The translations under genes were made by a program, and so were the position numbers. A stretch of 37,727 nucleotides of DNA from a virus, in the IMG/VR virus record IMGVR_UViG_3300045988_153647, positions 1 through 37,727 of that record; one strand, 5' to 3'. Positions 33,015 to 37,727 of the stretch are shown here, piece by piece. The stretch's first letter is position 1; the number at the start of each line of letters is the position of its first letter. The notes under the pieces were generated by a model. The model worked only from the letters and a program-made list of their open reading frames with translations, made no database searches and was not told the origin of the DNA.

Positions 33015-33425
33015 TCAGCTTGTGCGTGTGATGATTTCGACGGGGATCCCGTCGTCTGCCAGGAGCTGGTAGGCGTGCCCCACGCACGCCTGATACGCCG
33101 ACAGTGGAATGGCCTGCGCCCATCCAGAGTGCAGCTCGTAGTCTTCCTGTCGCGCGTACGCGAAGAGCGCGGTGGGGAGGCTGCGCACAGCCTCGGTCTC
33201 GTCGTCTGCGGGCGCGGTGAGCGCGTCGACGCAATTGAGGGCTGCATCCTCGAGCGCCGCGAGGCACATATGGATGCTGATCGGGTCCCGCGGCCAGGTC
33301 TTGCCGATCTCCCAGGACCGGATCACACCTTCGTTCACGGCGACAAGCGCGCCCAGTTCGGCGCGTGAGAGTCCTAGGGCTTTGCGGCGGCACCGTAGCC
33401 CGGCGGGTGTGAGTGGTTCGGTCAA
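33015..33425 (-). CDS. XRE-family HTH protein with an unknown C-terminal domain (136 aa)
   Basis: LRCRRKALGLSRAELGALVAVNEGVIRSWEIGKTWP is a typical XRE/Cro-C1 HTH. The C-terminal ~75 aa are unassigned. Confidence 0.65.
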   Translation of the reverse strand: MTEPLTPAGLRCRRKALGLSRAELGALVAVNEGVIRSWEIGKTWPRDPISIHMCLAALEDAALNCVDALTAPADDETEAVRSLPTALFAYARQEDYELHSGWAQAIPLSAYQACVGHAYQLLADDGIPVEIITRTS

Positions 33426-33487
33426 TTCTCCTCCTATGGGCTGGCCCCCGCTCCCTGAGTGTGGGCGCGGGGGCCTTGGCTTGTTGG

Positions 33488-33904
33488 TCAGTCGAGGAGC
33501 TTTTCGACGTTGCCGCCGATCTCCTCGAGGACGGTGAGCGTCTCCCAGACGCTGGCGTAACCGTCAGTGAGGTCCTGCGACTGGCACTCGGCGGCAAGAG
33601 CATTGTAGATGCCGTCGCGCGAGCCGTCGAAGACGTTGTACTCGCCGAAAACGCGGGCGTCGTCGGCCTCAGTGTAGGCAAGCGGCAGCTCGCTGACCTC
33701 GAAGCCGTTGGCGTCGAGCAGTGCGCGATCCTCGCCGCTCATGCGGACGGCGGCCTCAATGAGAGTTTCGCGCAGCTCCTCAACCTCGTCACCAGGAAGG
33801 CTCTTCTCGAACCACTCGGCGACGGTCTCGCGCTGGCCGTCGATGATGAGGTAGCGAGCGAAGCGGTCGGCGTTGGTATCGGTGATGTAGGTGACGGTGT
33901 TCAT
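33488..33904 (-). CDS. acidic hypothetical protein (138 aa)
   Basis: ATG at 33904 with AAGGAGAAAG 6 nt upstream. The product is strongly Asp/Glu-rich. No motif recognised. Confidence 0.6.
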   Translation of the reverse strand: MNTVTYITDTNADRFARYLIIDGQRETVAEWFEKSLPGDEVEELRETLIEAAVRMSGEDRALLDANGFEVSELPLAYTEADDARVFGEYNVFDGSRDGIYNALAAECQSQDLTDGYASVWETLTVLEEIGGNVEKLLD

Positions 33905-33965
33905 TGTCTTTCTCCTTGTTGAGGTTCGGGGGGCTTGTCCCTCCCGACAACTCAACTATAGCCCT
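33902..33965 (-). promoter_or_regulatory. Copy B of the duplicated promoter/leader/start-codon segment
   Basis: The minus strand reads tatagttgagttgtcgggagggacaagccccccgaacctcaacaaggagaaagacaATG. It differs from copy A at only a few positions. Confidence 0.6.
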
Positions 33966-34005
33966 AGCGCAGGCTACTGTGCAACCCAAGAATGAGAGAG
34001 GCGCA

Positions 34006-35169
34006 TCACATTCCAATTTGAGGGGTGACCCCGCCCATGGCCATGCTCATAGCCTCCGCAGCCCCCGCGTAGGCATCGGGCGCGAGGTGCCCGTATACAT
34101 CGACGGTCGTCTGGATTGACTCGTGGCCCATGCGCCGTTGGACGACGGGCAGGGGGACGCCGGCGGCGATCAGAGCCGACGCGTGCGAGTGCCTCAGATC
34201 ATGCACGCGCGGGCGCGGCGACAATCCCGCCGCATCGCAGGCGGGCTGCCAGATGTGAGCATGGAACGGTCCCGACGTGATCGGGCCGCCACGCCGCGCG
34301 GTGAAAACCAGCTCATCCGAGGCTTTGCCCGCGAGCGCAGCGCGCAGCTCAGGAATCAACGGCGCCGGGATGGTGACAGTACGTCGGGCGCGCTTAGTTT
34401 TCGGCGCACCCAGGTATGGGGTTCCATTGTCACCCATTTTCCAGGCTTTGCTGACGCGGACGACGGGCTGGGTGACGTCGAGGTCGACGTCGGCGACCGT
34501 GAGGGCGGTCGCCTCGCCGAAGCGCAGCCCGAGGCCGTACATTGCGGCTACGAAGGGCTGGTAATCGGCGGGGATGCAGGCGTGGAGGCGCGCGTACTCG
34601 TCGGGGGTGAGGAAGCGCATTTCGCGCACGGTCGCGTCCTTGGGCAGGGGGACGCCCTTAGCGACGTTGTGGGGGATCACGTCCTCGTTGACGAGGCGTT
34701 GCAGGGCTGCACTGAGGAGGGCTTGGGCGTTGCGGATGGTCTTTGACGACGGGGGGCGGCCGGCGGTGGCCCCGCGCGCGACGGGCGTCCGCCTCATTTC
34801 TGCGACCCACTTCGTGACCGCATGCCTCGTCAGCATGTCCACAGGGATGAGTCCGAGGCTCGGTTCGATCCGATCCCGCACGATCTGACGGTAGCGACTG
34901 ATCGTGCCGGGCGTCGCGGACGCGGCCAGGGCCTCGAGGTGGTGCTCGCACGCCGCGGCGACCGTGGGCGTGTCGGCGGCTGCGAGGTCGTCGAGGCTGC
35001 GCATCTCGCGGGCGGCGGCCCCGCCGACGCGGTCGACGAGGTCGGCGAATCGCTTGGCGCTCGCGGCATCGTAGAACGTCTCTACGACGGGGTTGCGCCC
35101 GCCCGCGCGGTAGCGGACGCGGTAGACGATGGTGCCGTCACGGTGCTTCACTGCCTTGACAGATGCCAT
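34006..35169 (-). CDS. int: tyrosine recombinase (phage integrase)
   Basis: 387 aa. N-terminal SAM-like arm/core-binding region, then the C-terminal catalytic signature ...ARR...HDLRHSHASALIAAGVPLPVVQRRMGHESIQTTVDVYGHL (R, H-x-x-R, H/W, Y). Confidence 0.95.
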   Translation of the reverse strand: MASVKAVKHRDGTIVYRVRYRAGGRNPVVETFYDAASAKRFADLVDRVGGAAAREMRSLDDLAAADTPTVAAACEHHLEALAASATPGTISRYRQIVRDRIEPSLGLIPVDMLTRHAVTKWVAEMRRTPVARGATAGRPPSSKTIRNAQALLSAALQRLVNEDVIPHNVAKGVPLPKDATVREMRFLTPDEYARLHACIPADYQPFVAAMYGLGLRFGEATALTVADVDLDVTQPVVRVSKAWKMGDNGTPYLGAPKTKRARRTVTIPAPLIPELRAALAGKASDELVFTARRGGPITSGPFHAHIWQPACDAAGLSPRPRVHDLRHSHASALIAAGVPLPVVQRRMGHESIQTTVDVYGHLAPDAYAGAAEAMSMAMGGVTPQIGM

Positions 35170-35236
35170 CTTGCACCGCCTTGCTTGATGTTGGGTGGCT
35201 TTGCCTGATCTTGATTGTACTCCGCTGAACTAGCGT

Positions 35237-35260
35237 GCGTGTCACGCAGGCGTGTCACGC
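35237..35260 (+). repeat. Two direct copies of gcgtgtcacgc (35237-35247 and 35250-35260); candidate integrase arm-type sites
   Basis: Read directly. They lie between the int start and the tRNA-like core. The same motif forms a palindrome at 35451-35468. Confidence 0.6.
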
Positions 35261-35304
35261 TGTTTTCGCACCCTCATTTTACCGCAGAATCACGCGGTTT
35301 TTGT

Positions 35305-35334
35305 TGTGGAGATGGGGGGAATCGAACCCCCCGC
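35305..35334 (-). other. attP core candidate: mimic of a tRNA/tmRNA 3' end (T-arm plus acceptor strand)
   Basis: The minus strand reads gcGGGGGgTTCGATTcCCCCCATCTCCAca, i.e. a 5-6 bp T-stem, the TTCGATT T-loop and a 7-nt acceptor 3' strand. No D arm or anticodon arm lies upstream, so it is a fragment and not a gene. It sits about 135 nt upstream of int. Confidence 0.65.
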
Positions 35335-35450
35335 AGGGTGTTTTCGGGTTTGCGGCGTGAGGGCGGGGAAAGGTCTTGATTTTCCGCCGAAAAGTCGGCT
35401 TTTCTGACTGGCCTTGAATGTGCCTAAAACGCCGTTGCGTGACGTTGCGC

Positions 35451-35468
35451 GCGTGTCACGTGACACGC
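35451..35468. repeat. Perfect 18-bp palindrome gcgtgtcac|gtgacacgc (inverted pair of the arm-type motif)
   Basis: Read directly. It lies on the opposite side of the core from the direct repeats. Confidence 0.6.
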
Positions 35469-35736
35469 ACCTAAAATCGCTTGCGGGCGGCGCTGCGCTC
35501 GCGGGCTATCGTCTTTACACCTTCGCGCGTTTGGGGGTCGCCTGGACGCAGATGTGGGCGTGTAATGGTATGGTGGAGGTAATCGATCACGCCGCCCATT
35601 CGTGGAGTTGCGTGGTTCTTTTTCGAGGTTAGGTACTGCAGGCCCCGGCCCGACGCGGGGTGCCCCCTGACCGTTTAGGAGTAGCGTGGTTCGCCCGCGC
35701 AGCCCCGGCCCATGCGCGGGCGCCAATGCGCAGATC

Positions 35737-35785
35737 CCGCCCCTATATCGCGACCGGGTCTCTCACGGTATAGGGGCGGCTTTTT
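35737..35785 (+). terminator. Rho-independent terminator-like hairpin (11-bp stem ccgcccctata / tataggggcgg) followed by TTTTT
   Basis: Read directly. This is the only hairpin in the window followed by a clean T5 run. No convincing CDS lies upstream on the + strand. Confidence 0.55.
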
Positions 35786-35802
35786 GTCCCTAATCTGGGA
35801 CG
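35785..35802. promoter_or_regulatory. Remote operator-like site tgtccc-taatct-gggacg
   Basis: It matches the TGTCCC-N6-GGGACA consensus of the switch operators (11 of 12 half-site positions). It lies about 500 bp away, on the far side of the repressor gene. Confidence 0.45.
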
Positions 35803-35888
35803 CGCGTGCTACGATGGGCGCGTGCATACATATTGATACCCAGGTCGGCCCCTGGGTTTGCCCGCGCGCACAGGGCGTCTAATTGCAC

Positions 35889-35922
35889 ATGTCCCCGCCG
35901 GTTAGTGCCCCGGCGGGGACAT
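35889..35922. terminator. Perfect 13-bp stem hairpin (atgtccccgccgg / ccggcggggacat) just downstream of the repressor gene
   Basis: Read directly. It begins 35 nt past the repressor stop (35957). The stem ends also contain the TGTCCC/GGGACA half-sites. Confidence 0.5.
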
Positions 35923-35956
35923 TTCTATATGCGCGGGCATTTTCGCGGCAGGCCTG

Positions 35957-36256
35957 TCAAGCGGTCGGCACGCCGTTGAGGTCGGCGACGACCTCCTCGT
36001 ATGTGCGCCCTGTTTCAGCGGCTAGGGCGACCTTCCAGGGGACCAGGCCGAGGGCGTCACAGATCCTCTGCAGGTCTGTCGTTGTCATTGACGAGACGCC
36101 GCGCAGTATGCGGTCTAGTCGCGCGCGTGAAACGCCGGACGCAGCCGACAGGGAGCGGATCGTGCCCCCTTGGTTCACATTCGCAGATGTGATGAGCGCA
36201 ACAATACAGGTCTCAAAATGGCCAATTTCCAACGATTTTTGTCCCATGGTCAACAT
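35957..36256 (-). CDS. CI-like repressor, short XRE-family HTH protein with no peptidase domain
   Basis: GGTIRSLSAASGVSRARLDRILRGVSSMTTTDLQRICDALGL is an XRE-type HTH. It is divergent from the cro-like gene. The ORF is open to 36352, but that stretch overlaps the operators. Likely starts are ATG 36256 or 36247, close to the predicted TSS (possibly leaderless). Confidence 0.7.
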   Translation of the reverse strand: MLTMGQKSLEIGHFETCIVALITSANVNQGGTIRSLSAASGVSRARLDRILRGVSSMTTTDLQRICDALGLVPWKVALAAETGRTYEEVVADLNGVPTA

Positions 36257-36266
36257 TCTATGTCCC

Positions 36267-36294
36267 AAATTAGCGACATGTCTACACTTGTCAG
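36267..36294 (-). promoter_or_regulatory. Putative leftward (repressor maintenance) promoter: -35 CTGACA, 16-nt spacer, -10 TAATTT
   Basis: Hexamers were read on the minus strand. The -10 box lies inside operator 36261-36278. Confidence 0.3.
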
Positions 36295-36295
36295 C

Positions 36296-36324
36296 TTGCA
36301 CTTGTCCCGATTTCGGGACATACT
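36296..36324 (+). promoter_or_regulatory. Putative rightward early promoter: -35 TTGCAC, 17-nt spacer, -10 CATACT
   Basis: Hexamers were read on the + strand. The perfect operator 36303-36320 fills the spacer, and operator 36330-36347 covers the expected start region. Confidence 0.35.
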
Positions 36325-36376
36325 TGTTTTGTCCCGATTTCGAGACAACCAACTACTGAGTAAGGAGGTGCAAGCC

Positions 36377-36694
36377 TTGAAGGGAATCACGACCGCGATC
36401 CGCGAAAAGATCACAGCTCGCGGCCTCTCACAGGCCGAAACGGCACAGGCGCTTGGGATTGGACGACAAACCTTTTCGCGGAAGCTCAACGGGCACGTTG
36501 ACTTCTCACTATCTGAGCTGACCCGCCTTGCAGAGGTCTTCAACACCACGGTCGCCGACCTCATGCAACGCGCCGATCAGATCGCCCACGCAGACGTCGC
36601 TCCGACTCCCGCCGGGTACGCAATCAAGGATGAGCGCAGCGGCGTTGTCATCCTGCAGGCGAACCGCGTCGACTTCGGAGGCGAGGCTGCGTGA
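36377..36694 (+). CDS. Cro-like XRE-family HTH regulator
   Basis: TTG 36377 lies 8 nt after AAGGAGG (in-frame GTG 36368 is an alternative). ITARGLSQAETAQALGIGRQTFSRKLNGHVDFSLSELTRLAEVF is a canonical XRE HTH. Confidence 0.75.
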   Translation: MKGITTAIREKITARGLSQAETAQALGIGRQTFSRKLNGHVDFSLSELTRLAEVFNTTVADLMQRADQIAHADVAPTPAGYAIKDERSGVVILQANRVDFGGEAA

Positions 36695-36954
36695 CTCAGA
36701 TCCTCACCCTCGCCGAGGCCGCCGAGATGCTCAGGCTCTCCCCCGCCGCTGTCCGCCGCCGCATCCGCGACGGACAGATCTCCGCGTGGAACGAACGAGG
36801 CCGGGCCGGGTGGCGCATCCCCGCCGACGCGCTCGCGGCCTACCAAGCTCGGCACGCCGCGGCCGCCGGCGAAGGCAGGATCACCGCACGCAGCAACCGC
36901 TCGCAGGCCGCCCGCAAGGCAGCCGCCACACGCGCAGCCCGCCGGGCCGCGTAA
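36691..36954 (+). CDS. excisionase-family (HTH_17) DNA-binding protein; candidate Xis/RDF
   Basis: GTGA start/stop overlap. LTLAEAAEMLRLSPAAVRRRIRDGQISAWNERGRAGWRIPADAL matches the excisionase-family HTH pattern. The tail is basic and Ala/Arg-rich. Confidence 0.65.
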   Translation: MTQILTLAEAAEMLRLSPAAVRRRIRDGQISAWNERGRAGWRIPADALAAYQARHAAAAGEGRITARSNRSQAARKAAATRAARRAA

Positions 36955-37025
36955 CAACAGAAAACGGGCCCCGCGAGGCTGCCACCCCGCGAGACCCACG
37001 CACGACCCAGGAAAGGAACCCAATC

Positions 37026-37250
37026 GTGCAGATCAACGGTACCACCCTCACCAAGCGCCAGAAAGCCCTCGTCAGCGGCGCACTCCTGCGAGAGCAGACA
37101 CGCGTCGCCGACGCAATGAGGGTCATCGATATGACCACGGTCCAGCCGCAGGCCCGCGACCATGTGGCTGGACTCCTCCTCTTCACCATCGACGAAATCA
37201 CGACACTGATCGCCCTCATCAACGACGACACCGAGGAGGCCACGAAGTGA
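37026..37250 (+). CDS. hypothetical protein (74 aa)
   Basis: GTG 37026 is preceded by GGAAAGGA. The upstream part of the long ORF 36528..37250 overlaps cro and xis in other frames and was discarded. Confidence 0.45.
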   Translation: MQINGTTLTKRQKALVSGALLREQTRVADAMRVIDMTTVQPQARDHVAGLLLFTIDEITTLIALINDDTEEATK

Positions 37251-37504
37251 TCACCGAAATGTTCGTCCCCGCCAAGTACAAAGCTGACATCGACCACCTC
37301 GTCAACGGCTACGGCGGCCTCCACGGCCTCCGCCACCGCCTCGCATGGGCAGTGATGCCCAAGTGCATCCAGACCCTGACCATCGCCGGTCTCATGGTCG
37401 CCCTTCACCCCGACGAAGTCATGAACGCCCTCTTCACGAAGGCCCTCACCGAGGCCGCCGACCAGGCAGCCGCCAACGAAGCCGACAAGGAGGCACGCCG
37501 ATGA
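37247..37504 (+). CDS. hypothetical protein (85 aa)
   Basis: GTGA start/stop overlap with the previous gene. Confidence 0.45.
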   Translation: MITEMFVPAKYKADIDHLVNGYGGLHGLRHRLAWAVMPKCIQTLTIAGLMVALHPDEVMNALFTKALTEAADQAAANEADKEARR

Positions 37505-37641
37505 CGCTCACAACCATTGAGTGGCTCCACTCCACCACCTGGTGGATCAGGAACCCCTCCACCCCCTGCACCGACCCGCGCGTCCGACGCCTCATCCAGG
37601 ACGCCCGCATCAACGCACTCACCACCCCCGACAACGAATAG
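37501..37641 (+). CDS. hypothetical protein (46 aa)
   Basis: ATGA start/stop overlap. Trp-rich (TIEWLHSTTWWIRNP). Confidence 0.35.
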   Translation: MTLTTIEWLHSTTWWIRNPSTPCTDPRVRRLIQDARINALTTPDNE

Positions 37642-37654
37642 GAACCCCGTAACA

Positions 37655-37727
37655 ATGAACACCAAGTACACGCTCGCCGGCCTCGGCCTCACCATTGGCC
37701 TCGCCGTCGCCACCGCCGCGGCCCCCG
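37655..37727 (+). CDS. 5' part of the junction-spanning gene: signal-peptide region of an LAxTG-anchored surface protein (continues at nt 56 after removing the overlap, ends at 384)
   Basis: ATG at 37655 gives MNTKYTLAGLGLTIGLAVATAAAPEP..., a Lys-containing n-region, hydrophobic core and AAA motif. After wrap-around it is in the same frame (frame 1) as the ORF ending at 384. Confidence 0.65.
   Translation, partial: MNTKYTLAGLGLTIGLAVATAAAP
37673..37727. repeat. Second copy of the 55-nt terminal overlap (identical to nt 1-55)
   Basis: Exact identity with the window start. Confidence 0.95.

Larger units (their letters stand above)
36240..36347. promoter_or_regulatory. Operator cluster of the lysis/lysogeny switch: TGTCCC-N6-GGGACA sites at 36261-36278, 36303-36320 (perfect) and 36330-36347, plus a half-site at 36240
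   Basis: Sites read as tgtcccaaattagcgaca, tgtcccgatttcgggaca and tgtcccgatttcgagaca. They lie between the divergent repressor and cro-like genes. Confidence 0.7.

Noticed and set aside
35414-35632. A 72-aa + strand ORF in the attP-proximal non-coding region.
   Set aside because: It has no RBS and no motif, it overlaps the arm-type palindrome, and its composition is not gene-like. It is probably non-coding attP arm DNA.
35690-35727. A sequence ending ...gcgcgggcgcca, resembling a tRNA acceptor end with CCA.
   Set aside because: No T-loop consensus (TTCRANY) or cloverleaf can be drawn upstream. It is simply the 3' half of a GC hairpin.
35957-36352. The full-length 131-aa version of the repressor ORF starting at 36352.
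   Set aside because: The first ~32 codons run through the operator and promoter cluster and through the cro-like gene's regulatory region. Internal ATGs at 36256 or 36247 give a typical-length XRE protein and fit the predicted leftward promoter.
36528-37025. The upstream 166 codons of the long ORF 36528..37250 (Arg/Pro-rich).
   Set aside because: This stretch overlaps the well-supported cro-like and excisionase-like genes in other frames. Only the part from GTG 37026, which has a nearby RBS, was kept.

Overview
The window is a complete, circularly closed genome of a temperate siphovirus-type phage from a high-G+C, probably Actinomycetota host. Nt 1-55 are identical to nt 37673-37727, so the unique length is 37,672 bp, and one gene reads through the junction. 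An intact attP-like site lies next to the integrase, so this is the excised or virion form, not an integrated prophage with host flanks.

Gene order:
- Lysogeny switch (35.7-36.7 kb): a short XRE-type repressor (-) faces a Cro-like HTH (+). Reiterated TGTCCC-N6-GGGACA operators lie between them.
- Early rightward operon (36.7 kb, across the junction, to 11 kb): Xis-like HTH, small ORFs, an LAxTG cell-wall-anchored Pro-rich protein, RecT, a C5-cytosine methyltransferase plus a degenerate paralogue, and RusA. These are followed by three small tandem paralogues, two winged-helix replication-organiser-like genes with embedded repeats (candidate ori), SSB and an MmcB-like nuclease.
- Late operon (11.3-29.8 kb): HNH endonuclease, small and large terminase, portal, MuF-like protein, scaffold, HK97-type capsid, connectors and major tail protein. 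Then come the G/T chaperone pair with a -1 frame extension, tape measure, minor tail proteins, amidase endolysin and holin.
- Cargo (29.9-31.8 kb): an unknown 353-aa protein and a GDPD-family phosphodiesterase.
- Leftward cassette next to the integrase (31.8-33.9 kb): DNA-binding proteins, including a Ros/MucR-type zinc finger, and an acidic protein. The promoter, leader and start of the acidic-protein gene are duplicated in front of a truncated 34-aa paralogue.
- Tyrosine integrase and an attP with a tRNA/tmRNA 3'-end-like core.

I found no rRNA gene, complete tRNA gene, CRISPR array or transposase. All functional calls rest on motifs read by eye, gene order and remembered family signatures. 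No database search was possible.
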